52,714 nucleotides of DNA from Bdellovibrionota bacterium FG-1 (lineage in GTDB: Bacteria; Bdellovibrionota; UBA1018), in the NCBI GenBank assembly GCA_051382295.1, contig JBBCAW010000115.1, positions 1-52,714 on the forward strand. The letters are read 5' to 3'. The translations under genes and the position numbers were made by a program. Below, one piece after another: positions 40,159-49,560 of this stretch. How positions within the stretch are numbered: position 1 is the first letter of the stretch; every line of letters begins with the position of its first letter. Under the pieces are notes generated by a model. It searched no databases. It was not told the origin of the DNA and worked only from the letters and a program-made list of their open reading frames with translations.

Positions 40159-40694
40159 TTTGACACTTCTCCTTTGGGTTGACTGATTTTAATGAGCATC
40201 AGGCCATAGGGGTTGCTTTCGCTTCGAGGGGTCGAGGCGAGAGTCAGGGTCAGTGAAAATAAGAATGCTGACCGGATCGAACCCACTGAAATGAGCCGGT
40301 CGGCATCAAGTGTGACGGTATCGTTCGAAGATTTGACTCCATTGACGATCACCTTTTGAGTCATGCCCCGCGCCGAAAGTTCCTTTTGCTCCGCCAGGCG
40401 CTGGGCTTCTTCATCGGGCGATAGAAAGCCAGGCTGAGGCGCCCAATCTGAATTGAATCGTTGTGTGATGGCCTCACGTACAAACGTTTCGATTTCGGTC
40501 GCGCTATGCTGGTTTCCCGGCGTGAGCGAAACGGTGCGGGAAAGGCAGCCGCGCTCAATGACGAGCGGTTCTTTGAGGGCAAGCCTCGCCGTTGTAATGG
40601 TTAAAGCCAGGGTGCAAATTCCCAAGGCAACTAGGCCAACCTTGAGTGTGACATTTTGAGCGGAAGTTGCCGCCCATGCGTGGGTAAATTTCAT
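40155..40694 (-). CDS. VirB8/TraE-like protein
   Basis: N-terminal TM and C-terminal NPYGL motif. Confidence 0.7.
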   Translation of the reverse strand: MKFTHAWAATSAQNVTLKVGLVALGICTLALTITTARLALKEPLVIERGCLSRTVSLTPGNQHSATEIETFVREAITQRFNSDWAPQPGFLSPDEEAQRLAEQKELSARGMTQKVIVNGVKSSNDTVTLDADRLISVGSIRSAFLFSLTLTLASTPRSESNPYGLMLIKISQPKGEVSK

Positions 40695-41563
40695 TTTGAT
40701 CCTTTGGTAGGGGACTTTGAGAAAAACCGCTCTTGAAGCCTGGACGTCGTTTGGTAGGCCTTTTTGCCTTTGGCGTAGGCGCTTGCAAAGGCATTCAAGG
40801 GCGCGGCCATCGTGGCACCTGCGACGATTCCGCCTGCTGATTGTGCCAAACCCTCAAAACCTGAACCTGCCAGCGCATGAACCACCATCGGCACGAGAAG
40901 TAGAGAGCCTGCCAGGATCAGGTTGAGAAATATCACGGTGGCGAAAGGGACGTTCTGGTCAGGCTTGTTGATATTGGAAAGGGCAAAACTCCAAAGAAGT
41001 GTTGCCAGCACTGAAAGAACAATCTTCCAGCAACTGACCTCGATCAACGAGCGATAGAGGGCTTTGGTCGCTCCGGCAGTCGAAGGCAGGACGTAAAGTG
41101 CAATGAGAAGCGGCGAAAACACGTAAAGAAGCGTCCAAGTGTAAAGCATAAAGGCCTGAATGGCGTGCACGGCCAGGTAAAGGAAAAAGAACGTCAAAAA
41201 TGAAATAATTTGGACGAGGGTCTCCTTGACGCTCACCCAAGAGAGTGAAAATTGCCCCAGTTTATCGCCCATTTTCGAAAGCACCAGATTAAGCTGGTTT
41301 AAATCGCCAAGCTTGGCGGAGAACGCGTCCACCACGTCGGCAATCGTATTGCTCACTTCTGAATAGGAGTGAAGCAGAAGGGTCGCAATAAGAACGCGCC
41401 CAATGAGCACCGAAAATGACGGCATTTGCCCGAGGGGCCACTTGAAGTACTCGATAAAAATTCCTAATAGTAAAAAAACAGTAATCAGGGCGTAAAATAG
41501 GCCATAAAAAATAGCATGAATCTGATGCGCCTCGGATGCGAGCCATGACATATTACTGAACAT
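40691..41563 (-). CDS. VirB6/TrbL-like polytopic membrane protein
   Basis: Five to six TM segments, SPL.IA...LP.T motif, Gly/Ala-rich tail. Confidence 0.7.
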   Translation of the reverse strand: MFSNMSWLASEAHQIHAIFYGLFYALITVFLLLGIFIEYFKWPLGQMPSFSVLIGRVLIATLLLHSYSEVSNTIADVVDAFSAKLGDLNQLNLVLSKMGDKLGQFSLSWVSVKETLVQIISFLTFFFLYLAVHAIQAFMLYTWTLLYVFSPLLIALYVLPSTAGATKALYRSLIEVSCWKIVLSVLATLLWSFALSNINKPDQNVPFATVIFLNLILAGSLLLVPMVVHALAGSGFEGLAQSAGGIVAGATMAAPLNAFASAYAKGKKAYQTTSRLQERFFSKSPTKGSK

Positions 41564-41565
41564 CG

Positions 41566-42255
41566 TTAAAACCTCGGAGTCGTAAAATTGGCTGGGTCGG
41601 ATTTCATCGATGATTTGAGACTCTGAGTGTCGGAAATCATGTGCCGGGTCATGTCTTTATCTTTTTTGTTTTCGAGTTCAAGCTCCTGGGCTTGGAGCTT
41701 CAGGCCGGTCCCCTGGGCGCGCAGGCTTTCGTTCATCACATTGAGCATGACGCCCAAGGACTCGGCCGTGAGTTTTTCAGCCCCGCCAGGCGAGGTCAGG
41801 TGCGAGTCAGCTTTGATTCGTTCGCCAATGGGGTCAATTGTGCCCGTGTAGCTGTAGATCGAATTGTTTTGCGCAATCGCCTCGGCAACCGTTTGGTCGG
41901 TAGTTTGCTGCATTCGCGTGTCCGAAGGAGAGGTGGCGGCGGCGCCATAAAGCTGCTGGAGAGTTCGAAGGGCATCATCGGTTTTTGTGAGTCCTCCGTA
42001 AACGCCCGGGCCGGCGTTGGGTCCAACCGTGTTTAAGAGGTAGAGTGAATCGTTAATTCCTCGGTTAATGTCTCGCATGATGCCGAGGGTGTCCTGGCCT
42101 GCCCCCATGATTTGTCTGAGGTTGGTCAGTTGTTGAACGGCATTGGCAAGGATAGACGCAAGCAAGGGCAAGTCCCCACCGAAAAAATCCGCGTGTACGG
42201 TAGACGGAAGAGAAAAAAGCAAAAACACCGTGAATGCCACCAATGTCTTTTTCAT
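41566..42255 (-). CDS. VirB5/TrbJ-like protein
   Basis: Signal peptide, helical Gln/Asn-rich, located between virB4 and virB6. Confidence 0.6.
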   Translation of the reverse strand: MKKTLVAFTVFLLFSLPSTVHADFFGGDLPLLASILANAVQQLTNLRQIMGAGQDTLGIMRDINRGINDSLYLLNTVGPNAGPGVYGGLTKTDDALRTLQQLYGAAATSPSDTRMQQTTDQTVAEAIAQNNSIYSYTGTIDPIGERIKADSHLTSPGGAEKLTAESLGVMLNVMNESLRAQGTGLKLQAQELELENKKDKDMTRHMISDTQSLKSSMKSDPANFTTPRF

Positions 42256-44678
42256 ATCAAACCCTCGGCACCTGCGGCAGCAACCCCGCGTGGATATTTG
42301 AGGGATAGCGCGGTGAGGGCAGCCAGTGTGGGGACGTCAGACAGCGTGCGAATTCGTTCAAATCGCTCATTGATGAGTGCCAGATCGCGTGGGTCGGTCG
42401 TGGCAATCCAGTATTCGAGAGGGGTGGTTTCTATGGCGACCACTGACCTATGGTCTTGGGCTATTAAAAACGCCTCCGAATAAACGCCTCGTTCCTGATG
42501 GAGGGATGCGATCAAGGCCATCTCCTGGTCGTTGAGCTGCAAGACCTCCTTCAACCGGCCCTGATCGGCCCCCCGTTGGGCGAGACACCATTTGACGGAC
42601 GAGTTGGAGAGGATGGCCCCTGCGACCTTGCTTTTAGCGAAGTCATCCATATTTTGTGAAATTGCAATCGCTCCGGCGTAATACTTGCGAAACGTGCGAA
42701 AGACTTCAGCGATGAAGCTTGCGCCGGCGTCGCTTTCTAAAAGCTTCCAGCACTCATCAAAAATAAGAAATTTCTTTGACTGCGTGTCACGCTGGACCTC
42801 GCGCCAAATAAAGTCCGTAATAATGAACAAGCACACGGCCTGAAGGTCGGGGTAACTTTCCATGCCCTTGAGGTCAAAGGCCACCACGCGCTTTTGAAAC
42901 TCGATCGTGGTCGGCCGGTCTACAACTTTTCCATAAGGAGTATTGCCACACCAGGGAGTCAAAATCCGGCCATAACGGCGGATGGACACGTCGTTATGGG
43001 CAAGTAAGATTTCTCGAAGGATTGAAAGACAGGGAGTTTTCCCGGCTTCATAAGTTCGGCAGATGCTCTCTTCAATTTCCGCTCGTTCAAGACGCGGAAC
43101 CCGGGCTTCGTCCTCCTCCTTGGTCATGAGTTCCACGAGACCCGTCAGAAACTTGATTTTTTGGGGCGAGGGCACGGATTCACCCGGGAATAAGTCAAAT
43201 GGATTGACCGAAAGCTCAGCGCTTACACCAAGTGGGATGTACTGGCCCGACAAATGCTCCGAGAGTTTGCGGTACGATCCGCCGATATCGACGATAAATA
43301 TTCTGGGATTCTCCTTGAGCATTTGAAGCAAAAGGACGTTGGTGAGAAAACTCTTGCCACTGCCGGATCCGCCGCTGATGACGTGATTGTAGTTCGTGAG
43401 TTCTTGATCGAAGGGATCAAAGCTCACCAGGCTCCCCATGCGCGAACGAAGCAGAATGCTGGGCTGTTCGTGACCGTTCCATGGGCCATACAACGGCAGA
43501 AAGTCCGCTAAAGTGGTGGTTTTCATGCGCTTGAGCCGCTCTTTTGTGCGGGCGTTTGGGATTGAAAACTGGGAGAAGAGATCAAAAGCGGCGAGGCTTT
43601 CTTCCATTGCCTCAGCGCCCCCGAGTTCGCGAACCTTGGCGAGCGTTTGCGATACTTGGGTTTCAAGCTCCGAGGTTTCACGGGATCGAAGCAGAATATT
43701 AAGGCTGACTTGAAAGACTTTTTCACCCTGAGCGATCAATTCGCCTAAAAGGGTTTCGATATCCTGAAACTTGGCTTCACTTTCAATATCGGAGACGCCG
43801 GTTTTTTTTCCGCGAGCCATCGAATAGGCAAGGCGGCGCTGGGTCTGAAGGCTTGAAAGCTCCTTTTGTTGATCGGGCACCAAAATCGTAAGAAACAAGC
43901 GCGAATCAAAAGGTAGTTCTCGCAGAGTGGCTGCCATTGCTGAAAAGGTTTGCTCGGGCAGGAGTTTGAGCGATACGACGCGATAGTGAAAATCAGCAAG
44001 ACTAAAGCCACGCTCATTTAAAACGGCGTCGGTGAAGAGGAGCGAGGAACGAACATCCTCGGGATCGTAAGAGGCTAATCCGATGGCGCGACTTGGGTTC
44101 CACTGGGCATAGATCAATTGGATGACCTGATCCCCATTCAGTGAAACCGGAGCAATGCCCAAGCCGCTGAGTCGTTGCATGACATCATGACGGAGGAGGT
44201 GGGTTGCCGCGACTTCGCGTGAAAGCTGGGCTTCGCCCATTTTAGGAAACTCTCGGTTACGCGAAAAAAGGGAGGGCTTCTCCAAAAGAGCTTGGGCAAA
44301 GGGACGACGAACAAAAACCTTGAGAGTGTGTTTGGGCAATTCACCTTGGGCGTCTAGCTCTGTTAACCGGGCGACGCGGGCCGTGCAGAGGGCCTGGGCC
44401 ATCTCGCTCGCCTCGGCAACCCGCGCGCCTTCGTGCGCGGCCAACACCTGGGAGTTGCCCTTGCCGATCTCCTGAATAAATTGAAGATGAATCCCGGTGG
44501 GGAGACCGTTTAAGAACTGCGTGATCTGCGAAGAAAGGGAGTTGATGCGTTCTTCGTCAGTGCAAGAAATGTCCAGGGGCGCCAGCTCTAGGCCAAACCC
44601 AAGTGAACCGTCGGAAAATAGAATCAAGTCTCTTTCAAAGCCCCAGACTTGGAGCTGATCAGCAAGGGTGGCGCTCAT
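42252..44678 (-). CDS. virB4: VirB4/TraC ATPase
   Basis: GGSGSGKS, DIGGSY, NPF, FDECW, RKY....ISQ. Confidence 0.92.
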   Translation of the reverse strand: MSATLADQLQVWGFERDLILFSDGSLGFGLELAPLDISCTDEERINSLSSQITQFLNGLPTGIHLQFIQEIGKGNSQVLAAHEGARVAEASEMAQALCTARVARLTELDAQGELPKHTLKVFVRRPFAQALLEKPSLFSRNREFPKMGEAQLSREVAATHLLRHDVMQRLSGLGIAPVSLNGDQVIQLIYAQWNPSRAIGLASYDPEDVRSSLLFTDAVLNERGFSLADFHYRVVSLKLLPEQTFSAMAATLRELPFDSRLFLTILVPDQQKELSSLQTQRRLAYSMARGKKTGVSDIESEAKFQDIETLLGELIAQGEKVFQVSLNILLRSRETSELETQVSQTLAKVRELGGAEAMEESLAAFDLFSQFSIPNARTKERLKRMKTTTLADFLPLYGPWNGHEQPSILLRSRMGSLVSFDPFDQELTNYNHVISGGSGSGKSFLTNVLLLQMLKENPRIFIVDIGGSYRKLSEHLSGQYIPLGVSAELSVNPFDLFPGESVPSPQKIKFLTGLVELMTKEEDEARVPRLERAEIEESICRTYEAGKTPCLSILREILLAHNDVSIRRYGRILTPWCGNTPYGKVVDRPTTIEFQKRVVAFDLKGMESYPDLQAVCLFIITDFIWREVQRDTQSKKFLIFDECWKLLESDAGASFIAEVFRTFRKYYAGAIAISQNMDDFAKSKVAGAILSNSSVKWCLAQRGADQGRLKEVLQLNDQEMALIASLHQERGVYSEAFLIAQDHRSVVAIETTPLEYWIATTDPRDLALINERFERIRTLSDVPTLAALTALSLKYPRGVAAAGAEGLI

Positions 44679-45001
44679 GCGGACCTCCTTTGGTTAAATG
44701 GCCGGGGGGGAATGTTCCATTGCGAAGGATCTGGGAATGCGTGAAGGGTGCCGGGTTTGATCTGAAATCTCAGCCAATGGATCAGGTAGTTGTCAGGCTT
44801 TCCCTTCTTGCCTAAAAGCAAGACGGCCGCTAACGCGACGGTTGGGAGCCACACAAAAAGGAGTTTGAGGGGCATTTGCCCAAAAACAAAGTTGAGCACC
44901 GAAAGGGTGAGAAAAATTGCAAGCACGTCGGGCACCTCGAAACCCATGAGTAAAAGTTTTTTGTCCAGGCACTTGGCGACGGAAGTAGTTCGTAGGCTCA
45001 T
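44675..45001 (-). CDS. VirB3/TraL-like protein
   Basis: Two TMs, KGKP..YL.H motif, overlaps the virB4 start. Confidence 0.7.
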   Translation of the reverse strand: MSLRTTSVAKCLDKKLLLMGFEVPDVLAIFLTLSVLNFVFGQMPLKLLFVWLPTVALAAVLLLGKKGKPDNYLIHWLRFQIKPGTLHAFPDPSQWNIPPRPFNQRRSA

Positions 45002-45024
45002 AATGATCCCTTTAAAAAGGGGTG

Positions 45025-45064
45025 CCTCGGAGCCACCATCCTGAGGTGGGCGACAGCTCCGAGG
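45025..45064. terminator. Hairpin after the pilin gene
   Basis: CCTCGGAGC...GCTCCGAGG inverted repeat. Confidence 0.5.
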
Positions 45065-45074
45065 ACTTATCCCT

Positions 45075-45371
45075 TTAGTTCACTAACCCTCGGATGAAGG
45101 CGATGATTGATGGTGCTCCAAATCCGATAGCGGCGCCAAAGATGGCCAGCGTCAGGTGAGCCCGGGCATTGGGTGAGCCTGCGACAAACGAGAGGCCGGC
45201 AAAGACGAGCCCCAAGATTGCCGCAAGCGGAAGAATGACGGTAATGAGCTTGGTTTGAATCGCAGCGAGGCTAGACTCCACGCTGCAAAACCCAAATTGT
45301 GGCATTAGAAATCCGGCACTGATCGCCAGTGTCGGGATCAAATAGGGACGGAGGCGAATAAAGAAACGCAT
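45075..45371 (-). CDS. VirB2/TrbC pilin
   Basis: Signal peptide plus two hydrophobic helices, G..I.FGA..I motif. Confidence 0.85.
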   Translation of the reverse strand: MRFFIRLRPYLIPTLAISAGFLMPQFGFCSVESSLAAIQTKLITVILPLAAILGLVFAGLSFVAGSPNARAHLTLAIFGAAIGFGAPSIIAFIRGLVN

Positions 45372-45386
45372 TCGTTTAGGGTCCTT

Positions 45387-45767
45387 TCAGTTCGATGGAA
45401 ACAGGTTCATGAAGATGCTTCCAAAGAGCAGCGGAAAGCGGATTTCCAGGTAGCTTTTGAGTTCAGCGTTCAGTCGTCCTGATCCAACCGGGTTTTGAAA
45501 GCGGGCGCCTTCACGTGCGGTGGGATCCACGACACGGCGAGAAAAGACCGTGTATTGAGACGGAGAGTCCCGATTTTTTACAAGATAGTATCTCTGGTGC
45601 GGAAACATCGAGAGTTTGAGCACATAGTGAGACTCTCCCTCATGCGAGAGCGCGTAGCCTGCGCGAAGGGGATTGACGAGTTCACCGTTTATCATCTTTC
45701 CAAGCAACAGATCGTAAGGGGTCGGTATCTCTTTGATTATTTCGGATTTTTGTTCAACTTCATTCAT
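45387..45767 (-). CDS. Hypothetical protein
   Basis: ORF in the ICE operon; beta-rich. Confidence 0.65.
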   Translation of the reverse strand: MNEVEQKSEIIKEIPTPYDLLLGKMINGELVNPLRAGYALSHEGESHYVLKLSMFPHQRYYLVKNRDSPSQYTVFSRRVVDPTAREGARFQNPVGSGRLNAELKSYLEIRFPLLFGSIFMNLFPSN

Positions 45768-46006
45768 TGGGATTCCCTCGCGAAATTTCTATAAAAACGG
45801 ATTTGACCGATATCAAATTCGGCCGTGGTGTCGTGGTCAGTGGCCCTTCCAGGGTCGATGATTTCTTTTAGGGTGATCAGACTTGCACGAAGTTGGTGCA
45901 TGCGACTTTTGATGCGGGTGTCATTTTTTTTGACTCGGTCGGGGATTAGCGAAAGGAGCCGATCGAGTTCTGATTCGATTTTGGTTAGGACGTGAATGGT
46001 TGTCAT
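45764..46006 (-). CDS. Hypothetical protein
   Basis: RBS GAGGAGG; overlaps the next gene. Confidence 0.6.
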   Translation of the reverse strand: MTTIHVLTKIESELDRLLSLIPDRVKKNDTRIKSRMHQLRASLITLKEIIDPGRATDHDTTAEFDIGQIRFYRNFARESQ

Positions 46007-46034
46007 CGTTCTTTTACCTCCTCAAAGTGCGGGG

Positions 46035-46190
46035 TTACATCCAAAGCCTTCCGCCATGCGGAAAGCTCCAGTCGGATCGGTCCTGTTCATGACCTGAATC
46101 CTTCTTTTTCTTAGGGTCGGTCGTGGTGCATCCTGCGATCACCAAAGAAACGGCCATGGCCAGGATGGCCGACATAAGAATGCGTTTCAT
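46035..46190 (-). CDS. Small lipoprotein (possible entry exclusion)
   Basis: MKRILMSAILAMAVSLVIAGC lipobox; ATGA overlap. Confidence 0.65.
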   Translation of the reverse strand: MKRILMSAILAMAVSLVIAGCTTTDPKKKKDSGHEQDRSDWSFPHGGRLWM

Positions 46191-46489
46191 TGTGGGGTCC
46201 TCGTTTCGGAAGTCGTATCGCCCATCGGGATCAGCGTGATTTTTCGATGAGGGGTGACCTGTGTGTTCTTGGCTGTTCGGATTAAGTTTGATGCCAAGTT
46301 CAGTTGCAGCAGAAGCACGGCGAGCAGGATCGTCGTGAGGATCGCCGCGATAGGACCAAAGCACACCCTCGATGCGAGTTTTTCGAGGGCCGATTTTACG
46401 AACCGAGCGATGGCTCGGAGCATGTTTTCGATGGGACGGCGAAAGTCGAGATGATCGACGTTTATGTTTTCGTTCATAAAGGGCTCCAT
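46187..46489 (-). CDS. Single-TM hypothetical protein
   Basis: Hydrophobic helix; overlaps neighbours. Confidence 0.5.
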   Translation of the reverse strand: MEPFMNENINVDHLDFRRPIENMLRAIARFVKSALEKLASRVCFGPIAAILTTILLAVLLLQLNLASNLIRTAKNTQVTPHRKITLIPMGDTTSETRTPQ

Positions 46490-46689
46490 TATGCGGAAAG
46501 GGGTTTAACAGACGTTAGGGCGTGAATCGCCCAATCGGGAATGACGGCGTAATTATCGCCGCTTGTGTAGTCGGCCTCTGGGCTATAATTGCAATTGGTG
46601 CAGTAGGAATGGGTGGCCAGCCTTTCAAAGCCGTTCCAACCGCAGCGATTGCAGCGCCCGAGGAAAATAACAAAATCGTCTTCGTTCAT
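46489..46689 (-). CDS. Small zinc-ribbon protein
   Basis: CNRC...CTNC; RBS AGGAG. Confidence 0.6.
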   Translation of the reverse strand: MNEDDFVIFLGRCNRCGWNGFERLATHSYCTNCNYSPEADYTSGDNYAVIPDWAIHALTSVKPLSA

Positions 46690-46852
46690 GGGGTCTCCTT
46701 GTGGTTCTAGGAGGCGCCAAGAAACTGCTCCTCCCACTTGTTAAAAATGCAAGTGGAAGGGGTGTTTGTGCCAACCCAGCCGAAGTGGTGGATTCGATTT
46801 GGGAAATTTATTTTTAGGGGCGTATCGTGGGATCAGCTGCTCAGAAGAAAAC

Positions 46853-46926
46853 AACGAAGTTTCGTAGCGTTTTTTTGGTTTTTGCTGAGTGATTAAGGGG
46901 TTAGGGGAAAAACGAAGTTTCGTAGC
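46853..46926. repeat. 16-bp perfect direct repeat with palindromic core
   Basis: AACGAAGTTTCGTAGC at 46853-46868 and 46911-46926. Confidence 0.85.
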
Positions 46927-47191
46927 CTCCGATAATTCGTAGGCTGTAGGCAAGTCCCTACACCTTACTTTGTAATTCCCTACACTCCGCCGTTGTCGAA
47001 TTCACCGAACCTCGGAATCACGGACCGGCTTTTTATGGAAACTCTATCATTTCAACAGATCGAGTAGAACTCTCGGCTCGAACGATGCGGTTTATTCAGT
47101 GGCACGTCACTTGCTCATGCTGCGACTTGTTGCGTTAATTATGGCGCTTCTAAATTATAGAGTTTTCGAATTGAAATGGAATGAGGTTTTT

Positions 47192-47692
47192 ATGAAAAAG
47201 GTTTCTCAAATGGTTTTGGTTGTCGGCCTGATGGTTGTGACGGTTGGTCTTTCGGCTTGTGGAGGCGCAAGTAGTAACGGGACAGGTGCCGTCTCTGGAG
47301 AAAGTCAAAGTTTAGCGACCTTCACCGAGCAGGAGCTTGGTGCGGATCTCGCCAATCTCGATGGCAAAGAAAAGGGCCTTGAAAGTGCTGGCATGCGATT
47401 TCAGACTTCTGTAGATAGCGTCAGTTCGATCGCGCAGTGTTCGTGGGATCCGGAAGCCTTTACTACCGCCTTCAAGAACAATCCAGCCCTCACTCAGGCT
47501 GATATGGTCAAAGCCTTACAAGAGTACCTGGACGCCGCGAATGCCTACCTCAAAAAATACGATGGTGTGTTTACCTTTAAGAAAAGCGATGGAAGCACCG
47601 AGACGGTGAGTCTAAAGGATCCCGCAAAAAGTAAAATCAAAGCGAAAGTGGATTTGTCGACCAGGAGTTTGGACAAGTTGAAAAAGGGGTGA
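47192..47692 (+). CDS. Lipoprotein
   Basis: RBS GAGG; MKKVSQ...LSAC lipobox. Confidence 0.8.
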   Translation: MKKVSQMVLVVGLMVVTVGLSACGGASSNGTGAVSGESQSLATFTEQELGADLANLDGKEKGLESAGMRFQTSVDSVSSIAQCSWDPEAFTTAFKNNPALTQADMVKALQEYLDAANAYLKKYDGVFTFKKSDGSTETVSLKDPAKSKIKAKVDLSTRSLDKLKKG

Positions 47693-47807
47693 GGGGTTGG
47701 GAAGTCGGATTATTTTTAATCCGCTCGTCAAATTCTGTGCAGGAGTCTGTCTAACCGCCCTGCTTTTTGTGTTGTAGCAGTCAGGTCGACAGTATATTCT
47801 TTCACGA

Positions 47808-48785
47808 ATGGCAATTCCAACCGTGGAACTTGATAAAATACTTGCTACGAGACCCGGCATAGTAAAAATGAAACTCCGGCAGTCCCTTCATCTGGGCGGG
47901 TTGATTCGGGAGGCTAAGAGATCCCATGTAGCAAGGTTGGAGCAACTGCAAACTGAAGCAGAAGAGCTTCAAATATTGATGCCGCTCTCACCCCTGAGGC
48001 TTAGGGCAGATATGCTCAAATTTCAGTCGGCACGCCACGAGGATGATATAACCGCTTGGTTAGCTTACCTGATAAGTGCACCGTTTCTCCCTGAGTCACA
48101 AAGGCAGCAAATAGTGGACTCATTTTGGCTCCCGGCATTTGGCCTGCAGAATGCAGAGTTCAATTTTGGGCCATTTCAAAAAGCAGAACGGGAATGTAAA
48201 CTTTTATCAGAGTGGATGGTGAAAAACGAAGAGGAGTCGATGGAGCACCGTTATCTCGACCTTGTTCTTTTGTTCGAAAAAGGGGCGGTGGTTTTTGAGA
48301 CGAAGGTTGGTGATCGTAAATTCGAAAAGAATTGGATTTATTCTGAGATCATCAAAAAGTCGGACGCATTTTCTGAATTCCTAGAAAAAAATGTCGTCAA
48401 ACTTTTCCTGCTTCCGGAACAAACCCTTCGGCGCCTTGAAAATAAGTTAGCCGATACAATTGAGTTTGAGGACAGAAAAAGAACGACCAAATGCATCTCT
48501 GGCTCTGATTGTTTAGAGAGCTTTACCCCCTTGACTTGGGAGCAATTACTTGGTCAGATTTATGTTCAATTGAATGAAGTTCTCCCTGGAGCAGTGGAGT
48601 TCCTTGTATGGAAAACACAGGTTTTTCTGTTTTGTAGTTTTGTTGAGGCGCACGTACTTGGGCTTGACCTTTCCGGAATAGAGCTGGCGCTTATTGATAA
48701 AAGCAAAGGTTGGGTCAGTCAAGAAAGTCTTTCTTGCGTTGATTCTTATCTTAAATTACGAAGAAAAATGGAGCAGTTGAAATGA
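47808..48785 (+). CDS. PD-(D/E)XK nuclease family protein
   Basis: ED.ITAWLAYL, ERE, YLDL, VFETKV. Confidence 0.7.
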   Translation: MAIPTVELDKILATRPGIVKMKLRQSLHLGGLIREAKRSHVARLEQLQTEAEELQILMPLSPLRLRADMLKFQSARHEDDITAWLAYLISAPFLPESQRQQIVDSFWLPAFGLQNAEFNFGPFQKAERECKLLSEWMVKNEEESMEHRYLDLVLLFEKGAVVFETKVGDRKFEKNWIYSEIIKKSDAFSEFLEKNVVKLFLLPEQTLRRLENKLADTIEFEDRKRTTKCISGSDCLESFTPLTWEQLLGQIYVQLNEVLPGAVEFLVWKTQVFLFCSFVEAHVLGLDLSGIELALIDKSKGWVSQESLSCVDSYLKLRRKMEQLK

Positions 48786-49441
48786 AGAAGACGAGTCACG
48801 ATTATAAATATCTGCGTGAAAATTTCATTAAACTAGCTGACTTGAGAAATGTGGTCAAAGAGCTTGAAAGTGCTGCTACTTCCTATCTGTCCACAAACTG
48901 GAAATCGTTTCATGAAAAATTGGATAAAGAGCTATTGCTCGGTAAACCCCAGGGGGATGCGGATCTGGGTGATGATGATTTTTATTTTACGTATGATCTA
49001 AGGTCTCCCGTAGAGAAAAAGAAGGATGCTTTTAGTGAGTTGAATTTATACATCAGCTTTTATGACGAGGCAACCATTGTTCGCGAAGAAGAGTCTGCGG
49101 CGGCATTGGGAAATACATTGGTTTCAATTGGTGGCGCCTCGCTTGTCTTCAAATCTGATCAAAATAACAGTGAAGTTAAGGCAATTCATGAGTTTTTCTT
49201 ATCTCGTCTGAATCAGGAAAAATTTGTTCTTGGTGCACCACTGGATGAGGTCTTTTGGAGTGATGATGGAGATAAGGGTCGATTTTTGGGTCTGATTTAT
49301 GGCCACTTTGTGGCACAAGGGGATGGACAGCCGTTGCTTCTGAGACGGCATCGCACGTTAGATCAAATGGCTGAAGATGCTGAGGACTGTGCTCTCGAGC
49401 TTTTGCGAATTCGAAATGAATGGATGAATTTCAAATCCTAA
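48782..49441 (+). CDS. Acidic hypothetical protein coupled to the nuclease gene
   Basis: ATGA overlap. Confidence 0.75.
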   Translation: MKKTSHDYKYLRENFIKLADLRNVVKELESAATSYLSTNWKSFHEKLDKELLLGKPQGDADLGDDDFYFTYDLRSPVEKKKDAFSELNLYISFYDEATIVREEESAAALGNTLVSIGGASLVFKSDQNNSEVKAIHEFFLSRLNQEKFVLGAPLDEVFWSDDGDKGRFLGLIYGHFVAQGDGQPLLLRRHRTLDQMAEDAEDCALELLRIRNEWMNFKS

Positions 49442-49560
49442 CCTCATCGGCAGTCTGTCGTGGTGTCGGACTACGGTGGCTTTACGTTTTACTTTATCTG
49501 GTAAAACATTTAAATTAGAAAGATTCAGTTTTGCGCATCCGGGTGTTTCTTTAATTTGCG

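Larger units (their letters stand above)
34190..47000 (-). mobile_element. Integrative conjugative element core (right boundary undetermined)
   Basis: Co-oriented integrase, excisionase, relaxase, coupling protein and T4SS genes. Confidence 0.85.

Noticed and set aside
46853..46926. CRISPR array
   Set aside because: Only two 16-bp units and no cas genes.
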